This document shows positions 50,811-61,307 of a DNA stretch of 64,000 nucleotides, one piece after another. The position numbers and the translations under genes were made by a program. The DNA comes from Azolla caroliniana (lineage: Eukaryota; Plantae; Polypodiophyta), in assembly GCA_043228905.1 (NCBI GenBank), contig JBHGNT010000003.1, positions 15,500,001 to 15,564,000 on the forward strand, written 5' to 3'. Within the stretch, counting starts at the first letter, position 1. Every line of letters starts with the position of its first letter. The notes beneath the pieces were generated by a model that was given only the letters and a program-made list of their open reading frames with translations, was not told where the DNA came from and did no database searches.

Positions 50811-51924
50811 AGACGGGAAAGAAACTAAAAAAATAGAGAAAATGAAGTGATGTTGATGATGGTATGGTAACGATGGTAACTCTAGAAGCAATGGCGATGA
50901 CGGAGATGGGTTATGCTTCTAGTTGGAAGGTGAACAAACTGTCACGGACACACCAAGCGCGGACTAAGACGGAGCACAGATGATGAGGCTACGACGGAGC
51001 AATGACGGAATGACACAAGAGCATAAAGATAGAGATGAAGATTAAGGAGACAAGATTGGGCAAAATGAGAATACTAGATTGATATGTGCATGACTGGTGT
51101 TGTTCACCTTGAATTCCTTCAAGGTGAACTCAACTATTTATACTAAGTGGCATGCATACCTGTTGCACACATGTGTTACAATAGAGCATGTAGCCAGTAG
51201 GTACGCAGGCATGTGCCAAGTGTAAATAATACAAGGGATAAATTATGTACATGATGCTAGCTAAAACCTCAATGAGGAAACATGATTATATGCTAGATGT
51301 GTGGTTAACACATAACACTCGATTATAACATGGTCATGTCAATAGTTCGAATCTTGACATTCTGTCACGGACACACCAAGCGCGGACTAAGACGGAGCAC
51401 GGATGATGAGGCTACGATGGAGCAATGACGGAATGACACAAGAGCATAAAGATAGAGATGAAGATTAAGGAGACAAGATTGTGCGAAATGAGAATACTAG
51501 ATTGATATGTCCATAACTGGCATTGTTCAACTTGAATTCCTTCAAGGTGAACTCAACTATTTATACTAAGTGGCATGCATACCTGCTGCACGCATGTGAT
51601 ACAATAGAGCATGTAGGCAGTAGGTACGCATGCATGTGCGAAGTGTAAATAATACAAGGGAGAAATTATGCACATGATGCTAGCTAAAACCTACAATGAG
51701 GAAACATGATTATATGCTAGATGTGTGGTTAACACAGAACACTCGATTATAACATGGTCATGTCAAGAGTTCGAATCTTGACATTATCTCCCCTCCAACT
51801 ATGCCTTCCCAAATCATTTGTCGGATTAAAGGGATATTGTTGATGAAAATCTTAGATCACCTCCAAAGTATTTTGTAAATCCTAGACAAGGAGTAACCCT
51901 TCCACAAGATGAGGTATTTAACAC

Positions 51925-52535
51925 CAACGGGCATGAGTGACCATGTGTGGTCCTCGTCTAGAATTGGAACACGAATATCAACGGGTGTGAGCAACCATGT
52001 CGGTCCTCACCGGGATCTGGAACACGAACAATAGGTGAAGTGAGCGGCCATGTGCGGTTCTCACTTGAGACTGGAACGCGAACGAGAGTGAGCGACCATG
52101 CGGCCCTCACCGGGAACAGGAACACGAACGGGAGTGAGCGGCCATGTGCGGCCCTCACCGGGAAGAGGAACACGAACGGGCGTGAGCCACCATGCGGCCC
52201 TCACCGGGAACTCGAACACGAACAGGTGTGAGAGGCCATGCGGCCCTAACCGGGAACTCGAACACGAACGTGTGTGAGCGACCATGCGGCCCTCACCGGG
52301 AACTCGAACACGAACACCAACAGGAGTGAGCGCCCTTGTGCAGACCTCACCGGGAACTGGAACACGAACACTGACAGGAGTGAGTGGGCTTGTGCGGCCC
52401 TCATCGGGAACTGGAACACGAACTCCAACGGGAGTGAGCGGCCTTGTGTGGCCCTCATCAGGAACTAGAACACGAACACCAACGGGAGTGAGCGGCCTTG
52501 TACAGTCCTCACTTGGAACTAGAACATGAACACGA
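51925..52535. repeat. Same minisatellite array (internal region 2)
   Basis: Same unit, roughly 12 copies. Confidence 0.9.
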
Positions 52536-53118
52536 ACGAGAAAGAAACTAAAAAATAGAGACAATGATGAAGAGAAACTAAAAAATAGAGAGAATGAAGC
52601 GATGTTGATGATGGTACGGTGACGATGGTAACTCTAGAAGCAAGGGCGATGAAGGAGACGGGTATTGCTTCTAGTTGGAAGGTGAACAAACTATCACGGA
52701 CACACCAAGCGCGAACTACGACGGAGCACAAATGATGAGGCTACGATGGAGCGATGACGGAATGACACAAGAGCATAAAGATAGATATGAAGATTAAGGA
52801 GACAAGATTGGGCGAAACGAAAATACTAGATTGATATGTCCATGACTGGCGTTGTTCACCTTGAAATCCTTCAAGGTGAACTCAACTATTTATACTAAGT
52901 GGCATGCATACCTGTTGCACGCATGTGATACAATAGAGCATGTAGGCAGTAGGTACGCATGCATGTGCCAAGTGTTAATAATACAAGGGAGAAATTATGC
53001 ACATGATGCTAGCTAAAACCTACAATGAGGAAGTATATACATGATTATGTGCTAGATGTGTTGTTAACACATAACACTCGATTATAACATGGTCATGTCA
53101 AGAGTTCGAATCTTGACA

Positions 53119-53968
53119 CATACCCATCAAATTGAACACGATAGGCAAATGCATCAATCAATTGACACATATAGGCATGGAAGACCTCATGATCCAAATA
53201 TGATGAATTAAAAATCAACGGTGGTTTTCCTAAAAACTCATGAAAACCTCTAATAGAGTGGTGATTGAACTCAAAAATTAATGGGAAATGATTTGATATA
53301 ATTGACTCATAAGACACTGAAATATCCAAAATCTCTGGTAAAAAACCTTCGGTATGCATTACGTACATTTGATCCAACCTACTCCAAGTATCCTTATATT
53401 GAGCCGATTGAAAGGTATAACCAGGTTCATCTCCATTGATCCATTTCCATACATCCCTTAAAATGATTTCAGTCTCAAAATCTCCCCATTCTTGAGCCTT
53501 TGGTCCATCCATCATAGAGTCGATAGATGTTGATTGATCTGTCTCACAACAAACATTAAAATCTCCCATCAATAAACCCGGTCTACTATTATCAAGGACT
53601 AAGTTTAGAGATCTCCATAACAACTTTCGTTCTTGTGAAACATTTGATGCATACACACCAACAAACAAAAGAGTTTGCCCTTCATAACATATCTCTACCA
53701 CAATAAATCTTCCAAATTCATCTGAAACAATTACTTTTGGGTGAAATTTATCTCTTATAAACATGACAATCCCAGAATAATCCCCATGAACCTTGTCAGC
53801 ATAACATAATGTATAACCCTTAGAATAACTAATTAAACGAGCATTACGATGATCTTTATGCTCTACTGCACATAAAACATCCCATTGCTCACTTAACACA
53901 ATCCTCCAAACCTCATGCATTGTAAATGTAGAACACAATCCCCTCACATTCCATGTGGTGATCTTCAT
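53119..53968 (-). pseudogene. LINE ORF2 apurinic-like endonuclease domain
   Basis: Most of the 291-aa ORF 53093-53968, with EEP motifs. The start overlaps the ORF1 stop (ATGA). Confidence 0.88.
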
Positions 53969-54795
53969 ACTTTATTTTTTCCTTTTATTCGAGAAAGCTC
54001 CTTCTCCTTCACTGTTAATGTTTCTGCCATATCCTGAAATAAATTCCCTAAGATTGCATATGAATTACTATGGGAATGCAAAACTCTAGACCCCGATGGC
54101 TCCTCATGTGAACGAGGCACCGATTTCCGTTTATTCCAAGGAACATACAAATTACCTTTATTATCAAAAGATAATTTCTTTGGATAGTCCTCTTAACGAG
54201 CCCATGGTTTATTCAGCATGGGATGTGTCGGTGTGACCGTCTCCATAGATACATTATGCCCAAGATTTTTATTAGACTTCTTCATCTTTCCAGAAACTAT
54301 TGACCATTGTCCTTCATCCTCTAGAGTCTTTCCATCCTTCTCATTCACAATTTGTGGTTCCTTTGTTTGCTCTGAAATTGTCAAAGCTTGAATCTGATCA
54401 TGAGTTGTAGGCTCTTCATGTACCACTTCCACTACATTATTTCTTTTCTGAGGACATTCAACCATAAGATGCCCCAACACACCACAATGGAAACAATGTC
54501 CTGCAAATGTACCCCATTTAAGCCGAAAATACATAGGTGGCATACTAGAGCATGCAATCTGTAAACAACTTGGCCTCTTTATAGTAGTATTCTAAAGAAT
54601 ACACATCCGATATCGATTTTGAGCATTAGCACTAGGAGGCACCAAGATCTTTCCCAACTTTTCTATCGTTGACCGTAATATTGGCCAAACCACTGAATAT
54701 GTGCACTCTACCTCAACCCATACGGGACACTCTTGCTTTAATATATCTTGGTATTCCACTAGTGGTCTCCACGGAACAATATGAACCAAACTTTT

Positions 54796-55067
54796 TGATG
54801 GGAGCTCAAGGCTCCTTATGCGCAACGCTCGGCCACAACCGAGCTTAGAATGATACACAGAAAATGGGAGATAAAACACGACAAGAAGAAGAGGAAGATA
54901 CACAAGAGGTTTAACGTGGAAAATCCCAAACTAGGGGAAAAAACCACGGCAGCCCACAGGCTGCAAACTGTCACTATGTAAGAATATACAACAGTGAGTT
55001 TACTGAGGCACCGAGCTCGTGCTCACAGATCTTCGCCACAGGCGGCGGTTACAACAGAGGCAACGAC

Positions 55068-55099
<32 letters not shown>

Positions 55100-55177
55100 G
55101 TACAGTTACGCACACTCTCTATTCTTTCACCAACAAGAATGACAACAACAACAACTACTACTACAAGTTTCTATAAG
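54796..55177 (-). mobile_element. Partial Copia LTR (relative of the 55663 family), inserted in LINE ORF1 and itself interrupted
   Basis: tgatggga start; shared core ctcggccacaaccga...ttaacgtggaaaa...gggaaaaaaccacgg. Confidence 0.75.
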
Positions 55178-56132
55178 TGTCATGATATGGCAAGACTTGA
55201 ACACATGACCTTAGGTTATATGGGTCGAGCCTCTTGACCATTAGACCATCTATTGTAATACGTAGGATATTATTTTCATTTACATTTTATTATAGGAAAT
55301 TAGTGTATATTCCAGATTTCTCTGGAACATTCTAGAAGCTTCAGGATTACTCCTAAAAACACTATAAAAGAGGGCACTAGGCATTATGTTGAACCAAATT
55401 GGTTCAACGCCAGTCTTAAGCCTTTTAGCCACCGTTGTATATTCTCTTCATATAATAAATATCTTTCTTATCATCACTCTCTCTCTTTCTCTCTGTCTCG
55501 CTCACTTCTTCCTTCTCTCGAAGAAGTTTCACACCTCTCATAGTACTAATCCTTCGTTTAGTACTAATTCCTTCTCTGTCTCAGTACTGTTCATGACAGT
55601 TTGAACCAATTTCCCTACCTTCTGTCTCTCTCATTTCCTACTAATCTTTTATTCCTCTTTTCTGTTGGGAATCAACCCTTGGATTCACCTTCTACACTCG
55701 GCCACAACCGATTAATCGCGGATCAATGCAGCAGAAAATAGGAAATACAGAGAAAGACGCGATACACAGAGATTAACGTGGAAAACCCTAACTGGGGAAA
55801 AAACCACGGGAGTCCTCAAACTCCAACTATCACTATAGACAGAGATGTACAATGGTGAAGCTACAAGGCAACAACCTTGAGCTCACTGTCTTCGCCACAG
55901 GCGGCGGCAATACACAGAGGCAACGACCTCTTCGTCTCTCTCTCTCTCTCTCTCTCGGCTACTCACTTTTTTTCTCTCTCTCTAAAAATTGAGCAACAAC
56001 ATAAACTGTTTGCCCTAAGTCATATTTATACACATATGACTTTCGGGCTATTTACAAATATAGCCTCAAGGGCTCTTGGCAAACATATTCACAAATATGT
56101 CTCCGCATCCGGATCTTTCTCCGGGTACATTC

Positions 56133-56293
56133 GTCATCCGGCTCCGTAACCGGGATCTTCATCATCCGGCTCCGTAGCCGGGGTCTTCATCATCCGGCTC
56201 CGTAGCCGGGGTCTTCATCATCCGGCTCCGTAGCCGGGGTCTTCATCATCCGGCTCCGTAGCCGGGGTCTTCATCATCCGGCTCCGTAGCCGG
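56133..56293. repeat. 28-bp U3 tandem repeat (about 6 copies in the 3' LTR, about 5 in the 5' LTR at 60937-61069)
   Basis: Unit atcatccggctccgtagccggggtcttc, containing the hairpin CCGGCT-ccgt-AGCCGG. Confidence 0.92.
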
Positions 56294-56363
56294 AACCGGG
56301 CTTGCCGTCATTCATCCCCGGACATCCCATCCGGAGGGACCGAAATCCCAACAAACTCCCCCT

Positions 56364-59300
56364 TCACTTCGGCATGGGATGTCTCTCCAGTCCGATCCTC
56401 TTCCGGCATGCTTCCAGCTTGTCGGGTGTGAGCACTTTGGTCAGCATATCTGAGCCGTTCTCGTCCGTGTGGATCTTCGTCAGCACGAACTCCTTGTCTT
56501 CTATCCTTTCCCGGATCCAGTGGTATCTACGCTGGATGTGCTTCGTCCGGGAGTGATAGGCCGCATTCTTCGCAAGGTGGATGGCACTCTGACTGTCGCA
56601 GTAGAGTCGGTACTCCTCCTGCCGGATACCGAGCTCTCTAATGAAGTCCTTCATCCATATTATTTCCTTGCCGGCTTCAACAGCTGCCATGTACTCTGCC
56701 TCCGTGGTTGACAACGCAACCGTCTTCTGCAGCCTTGACTGCCACGAAACGGCTCCCCCTGCATACGTCATCACATACCCTGATGTGGACCGGCTGGTAT
56801 CTGCATCAGCCGACATATCCGAATCGGTGAAGCCGTCGAGTTCGGGCTTACCGGAGCCGAATCGGAGGCACACGTTTGCCGTGCCCTTCAGGTATCGGAG
56901 TATCCACTTGGCCGCGTTCCAATGCTCTTTGCCGGGATTGCTCATGTACCGGCTCACAACTCCGACTGCATATCCGATGTCCGGTCTCGTACACACCATG
57001 GCGTACATCAAGCTCCCGACGGCTGAGGCATACGGCACTTTCATCATATCCTCCTTTTCAGCCTTTGTCTTGGGGCTTTGCTTGCTGGACAGCTTGCAGT
57101 TTGCCGGGAGGGTCGATCCGACCGGTCTTGCCTCCGACATGTTGAACCGGTGAAGCACCTTCGTCACGTACTTCTCCTGTGACAGCCACAACTGCTTCTT
57201 CTTCCGGTCCCGGATGATGTGCATCCCTAGTATTTGCCTCGCCGGACCCAGGTCCTTCATTGAGAAGGTTCGGTGAAGAGCCTTCTTCAGCATCCGTATC
57301 TTGACCTGGTCCCGTCCGACGATCAACATGTCGTCCACGTACAGGAGGAGTATTAGAGAGTCTCCTCCTTCGAACTTCTTCACAAACACGCAGTGATCGG
57401 ACTGCGTTTTGAGGTACCCTTCGTCTGTCATGAAGGAGTCGAACTTCCGGTACCATTGCCGGGGAGCCTGCTTCAGTCCGTAAAGGCTCTTCTTCAACCG
57501 GTATACCAGGTGCTCCTTCCCTTTCTTCTCGAATCCTTCCGGTTGCTGCATGTAGATCTCTTCTTCGAGGTCACCGTGAAGGAATGCCGTCTTCACGTCC
57601 ATCTGTTCTACCTCGAGGTCCATGCTTGCCGCTATGCTCAGCACCGTCCGGATGGAGGTCATCTTCACTACCGGGGCAAATATCTCGTCGAAGTCGACAC
57701 CCTTCTTTTGCTGGAACCCCTTCACCACGATCCTGGCTTTGTATCTCGTGGGGTTTCCGGCATCTCCCGGTTTCAGCTTGAACACCCACTTGTTTCGAAG
57801 TGCCCGCTTACCTTTCGGCAACTCCACAAGTTCATATGTGTGGTTCTCATGCAGGGAATCCATCTCCTCCTGCATGGCACTTAACCACCTGCGGCTCTGG
57901 GTGTCATGCTTTGCTTCTTCAAAGCTCTCCGGCTCCCCTTCGTCGGTTAGCAGCACGTGTTCTGGTTCCGGAAATCTCCGGGGGGCCCTTCTCTCTCTTA
58001 GAGGATATCTCCGTTCCGGAGCTTCGGTAACCGGTTCTTCCGATTCTTCTTCATCCGAATCCATTTCGGGATCGGGGCCGGTTCCGGTATCGTTTTCATC
58101 TTCTTCGGCCGGTTCTGTTTCTTCACCGTCTTCGGCCGGATCCTCGAGTGCTAGCCGGTCCCTTGCCGGTCGGGACTGCTCCTTGTAGAGTTGATCCTCA
58201 CCGGTCGACTTGGAGCTCTTTACCTTCTTCTCCGACTCCCAGTCGGCGAGTGTCTTGTCCTCCATGAAGATGATGTCTCGACTCCTGAATATCTTCTTGT
58301 CGACCGGGTCCCATACTCGGTAGCCGAACTCGTCGTCACCGTAACCGAGGAATATGCATGGCCGGGTCTTTGGATCTAGCTTTCCTCTCCGGTCCTTTGC
58401 CACGTGCACGTATGCGAGACACCCGAACACCTTCAGATGCCGGTAGGACACTTCCTTACCGGTCCACACTTTCTGCGGCGTGTCTCCGTCCAAAGGTACT
58501 GAGGGTGATCTGTTTATCACATACGTCGCCGTCGACATTGCCTCAGCCCAAAATCCCTTGGGTAATTTCGCATGCGCCAGCATACTCCGGACCCTCTCCA
58601 TTATGGTCCGGTTCATCCTCTCGGCCAGCCCGTTCAGTTCCGGCGTCTTCGGCACAGTAAACTCGAGTCGGATTCCCTTCGAGCGACAGTACTCCTGGAA
58701 CTGCCCTCGGTATTCCCCTCCGTTATCCGCTCGTATCGCTTTCAGCTTCTTGCCGGATTCCCTTTCCACTCTCGCGTGGAGTTCTTTGAAGACGCACAAC
58801 ACTTGGTCCTTTGTCTTCATTGGTGCCGTCCACAGTTTTCGGCTATGATCATCGATGAATGTTACGAAGTACTGGGCTCCGCCATGTGACTTCGTCTCTA
58901 CCTGACACACGTCAGTGTGCACCAACTCCAATGGTGCGCTACGTCTCGTCGGTGGCCTTGAGTGGAAGGAGGTTCGGTTCTGCTTACCGGCCAGGCAATC
59001 GGTGCACTTCTCCAGGTGCACATGCTTCACTGGGATAAGGTTGTCTTCTGCAAGCCTTTTCATCCCCTTCTCACTCATGTGGCACAGTCTCTTGTGCCAC
59101 AGCTCACCGGCAGTGTCGGCTGCCACATTCAGCTCTTCCGGACATAACCGGGCATTCATCAGGTACAGTGTGTTGACTTTCCGGGCCCGAGCCACTATCA
59201 GGCTCCCCTTGCTGAACTTCATTACGCCGTTCCGGATGCTACCTGTGTAGCCTTCATCGTCTAGCCTCCCGGCCGAAATCAGGTTCAATCGAACCTCCGG

Positions 59301-60437
59301 AACGTGTCGGACATCCTTCAGCAGCATTTTGCATCCGGTCGGGGTTGTCAACCACACGTCTCCTATGCCGGCAATCCGGCACGTACCTTCATTTCCCATC
59401 CGAACACAGCCATGCTCACCGGCCGTGTAGGATGAGAAGTATCTTCTCTCCGGGGTCAGGTGGAACGATGCTCCGGAATCGACCACCCAGGTCGTCTCAT
59501 CGCCGGCAACGTTTAGCTCACCTTCTTCGGTGATGAGCATGATCTCTTCCTCACTTGCCGCGAGTGCCGTTGTTCCTTTCCGGTCCTGCCCTCGCCGATC
59601 CGAACCTCTCCGGTCCGTGGCTCCCCGGTATGCACCGTTTCTCTCCGGTGACTTCTTCGAATCGGTGTCGTCGGCTCCGTTGTCTTTTCGGTAATGCCGA
59701 CAATTCTTTCGGAAGTGCCCCGGCTTCCCACAGTGGAAGCATGTGGGCCTTCCTCTTGACTGCGACCGGGTCCCCGACTTCTCCCGTCTTTGCGGACTCC
59801 GGTTCCATTGTCTTCCCCGATCCGATTCGGTAAACAGCATCTTCGGGTCGGAGGCCGGTTCCTTATCTCTCCGACGCGCTTCTTCATTCAGAATACTTGT
59901 CTTTACCGTTTGTAAGGACAAGTTATCTTCGGTGCACGAGGTGCTGAGAGTCACCACCAAGTTCTCCCAGCTTTCCGGCAATGTACACATCAGGATGATG
60001 GCTTGCATTGCATCCTCCAACGGGAACTTGATCGCCGCAAGCTGATTCACGAATCCCATGAACGTGCTTACGTGTTCCACCATACTCTCGCCGTCCCGGT
60101 ACTTGAGATTCACTATCTTCCTCATCAGGGAGGTCCGGTTCAACGCATTCTTCCTCTCGTAGAGACCCGACAGCTTCTTCCACATCTCATATGCGTTGGT
60201 GTCGTTTGCCACATGTTGTAGGACGCTCACGTCGACGTATTGTCGGATCGTCGCTACTGCTTTCCGGTTCAGGAGCTTCCACTCCGACTCAAGTACACCT
60301 TTCGGTATTTCCGACCTGTCTATCGGTTCGTACAGGTCCCGAACAATCAGAAGGTCCTCCATCTTGATCTTCCAGTCGGCGTAATTCTGTGCGTTCAACA
60401 CCATCATCATCGGCTGCCCGCTGCCGCCGCCTTCCAT
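56364..60437 (-). CDS. gag-pol: Copia gag-pol polyprotein (gag-CCHC-PR-INT-RT-RH), intact
   Basis: ATG at 60437 (MEGGGSG); CFHCGKPGHFRKNC; WVVDSGASFH; VHTDV, IRADNGGEY, NGLAERMN; LYVDDML; FTDSD, EAEY, YCDSQSA, RTKHI. Confidence 0.96.
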   Translation of the reverse strand: MEGGGSGQPMMMVLNAQNYADWKIKMEDLLIVRDLYEPIDRSEIPKGVLESEWKLLNRKAVATIRQYVDVSVLQHVANDTNAYEMWKKLSGLYERKNALNRTSLMRKIVNLKYRDGESMVEHVSTFMGFVNQLAAIKFPLEDAMQAIILMCTLPESWENLVVTLSTSCTEDNLSLQTVKTSILNEEARRRDKEPASDPKMLFTESDRGRQWNRSPQRREKSGTRSQSRGRPTCFHCGKPGHFRKNCRHYRKDNGADDTDSKKSPERNGAYRGATDRRGSDRRGQDRKGTTALAASEEEIMLITEEGELNVAGDETTWVVDSGASFHLTPERRYFSSYTAGEHGCVRMGNEGTCRIAGIGDVWLTTPTGCKMLLKDVRHVPEVRLNLISAGRLDDEGYTGSIRNGVMKFSKGSLIVARARKVNTLYLMNARLCPEELNVAADTAGELWHKRLCHMSEKGMKRLAEDNLIPVKHVHLEKCTDCLAGKQNRTSFHSRPPTRRSAPLELVHTDVCQVETKSHGGAQYFVTFIDDHSRKLWTAPMKTKDQVLCVFKELHARVERESGKKLKAIRADNGGEYRGQFQEYCRSKGIRLEFTVPKTPELNGLAERMNRTIMERVRSMLAHAKLPKGFWAEAMSTATYVINRSPSVPLDGDTPQKVWTGKEVSYRHLKVFGCLAYVHVAKDRRGKLDPKTRPCIFLGYGDDEFGYRVWDPVDKKIFRSRDIIFMEDKTLADWESEKKVKSSKSTGEDQLYKEQSRPARDRLALEDPAEDGEETEPAEEDENDTGTGPDPEMDSDEEESEEPVTEAPERRYPLRERRAPRRFPEPEHVLLTDEGEPESFEEAKHDTQSRRWLSAMQEEMDSLHENHTYELVELPKGKRALRNKWVFKLKPGDAGNPTRYKARIVVKGFQQKKGVDFDEIFAPVVKMTSIRTVLSIAASMDLEVEQMDVKTAFLHGDLEEEIYMQQPEGFEKKGKEHLVYRLKKSLYGLKQAPRQWYRKFDSFMTDEGYLKTQSDHCVFVKKFEGGDSLILLLYVDDMLIVGRDQVKIRMLKKALHRTFSMKDLGPARQILGMHIIRDRKKKQLWLSQEKYVTKVLHRFNMSEARPVGSTLPANCKLSSKQSPKTKAEKEDMMKVPYASAVGSLMYAMVCTRPDIGYAVGVVSRYMSNPGKEHWNAAKWILRYLKGTANVCLRFGSGKPELDGFTDSDMSADADTSRSTSGYVMTYAGGAVSWQSRLQKTVALSTTEAEYMAAVEAGKEIIWMKDFIRELGIRQEEYRLYCDSQSAIHLAKNAAYHSRTKHIQRRYHWIRERIEDKEFVLTKIHTDENGSDMLTKVLTPDKLEACRKRIGLERHPMPK

Positions 60438-61307
60438 TTTCTGCAACAGTCGCTCTGATACCAGTTTGTTGGGAATCAACCCTTGGATTCACCTTCTACA
60501 CTCGGCCACAACCGATTAATCGCGGATCAATGCAGCAGAAAATAGGAAATACAGAGAAAGACGCGATACACAGAGATTAACGTGGAAAACCCTAACTGGG
60601 GAAAAAACCACGGGAGTCCTCAAACTCCAACTATCACTATAGACAGAGATGTACAATGGTGAAGCTACAAGGCAACAACCTTGAGCTCACTGTCTTCGCC
60701 ACAGGCGGCGGCAATACACAGAGGCAACGACCTCTTCGTCTCTCTCTCTCTCTCTCTCTCGGCTACTCACTTTTTTTCTCTCTCTCTAAAAATTGAGCAA
60801 CAACATAAACTGTTTGCCCTAAGTCATATTTATACACATATGACTTTCGGGCTATTTACAAATATAGCCTCAAGGGCTCTTGGCAAACATATTCACAAAT
60901 ATGTCTCCGCATCCGGATCTTTCTCCGGGTACATTCGTCATCCGGCTCCGTAACCGGGATCTTCATCATCCGGCTCCGTAGCCGGGGTCTTCATCATCCG
61001 GCTCCGTAGCCGGGGTCTTCATCATCCGGCTCCGTAGCCGGGGTCTTCATCATCCGGCTCCGTAGCCGGAACCGGGCTTGCCGTCATTCATCCCCGGACA
61101 TCCCATCCGGAGGGACCGAAATCCCAACATTTTCTTTCATCCCATGGCCACTGTTAGCGCTGAAGAATATCAATCTGTTTTCTCGGAATTTCAATGCTTG
61201 AAGGAGAAGTTCCATGCTTTGGAACAAGAAAACCAACGGTTGCTGGGGGATCTTCAGCAAATCTCCTTAGAAAAGCAGCAAACGCAACAACAACATGGGG
61301 AACTTGC

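Larger units (their letters stand above)
49384..53118 (-). mobile_element. Non-autonomous four-LTR element (TRIM/LARD-like, chromovirus-derived); 5-bp TSD CATAC
   Basis: LTRs 49384-49810, 50940-51359, 51363-51783 and 52692-53118; PPT GGAGGGGGGATAA; chromodomain relic KYLVLWKGY..DFHQQYP; catac at 49379-49383 and 53119-53123. Confidence 0.92.
46290..54795 (-). mobile_element. Degenerate L1-clade LINE (ORF1 3' part, ORF2 EN-RT-zf), interrupted at 49384-53118 and cut at 54796
   Basis: ORF1 CFHCGVLGHLMVEC; EN MKITTWNVRGL, MGDFN, SRLD, SNHFP; RT WRPISL, LDIEKDYDNVDW, VRQGCPVSP, (L)ADDQ, RHLGYP; C-terminal C..C...EH..H.F..C. The 3' boundary is approximate. Confidence 0.9.
55663..61129 (-). mobile_element. 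Intact young Ty1/Copia (Tnt1/Tork-like); 5-bp TSD TTTTC
   Basis: LTRs 55663-56353 and 60467-61129 appear identical except for one 28-bp repeat unit; PBS TGGTATCAGAGCG at 60451-60463; PPT GAAGGGGGAGTT; single uninterrupted ORF. Confidence 0.97.

Noticed and set aside
49955-52535. CRISPR-like look of the regular ~47-bp units
   Set aside because: No unique spacers and no cas genes; the units are degenerate tandem copies inside an LTR element in eukaryotic DNA.
55185-55252. Functional tRNA gene
   Set aside because: Boxes are present but I could not form an acceptor stem or anticodon arm; reported only as tRNA-like, as are the other modules.
56133-56293. 28-bp palindromic direct repeats as a CRISPR array
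   Set aside because: Head-to-tail with no spacers; these are LTR U3 repeats.
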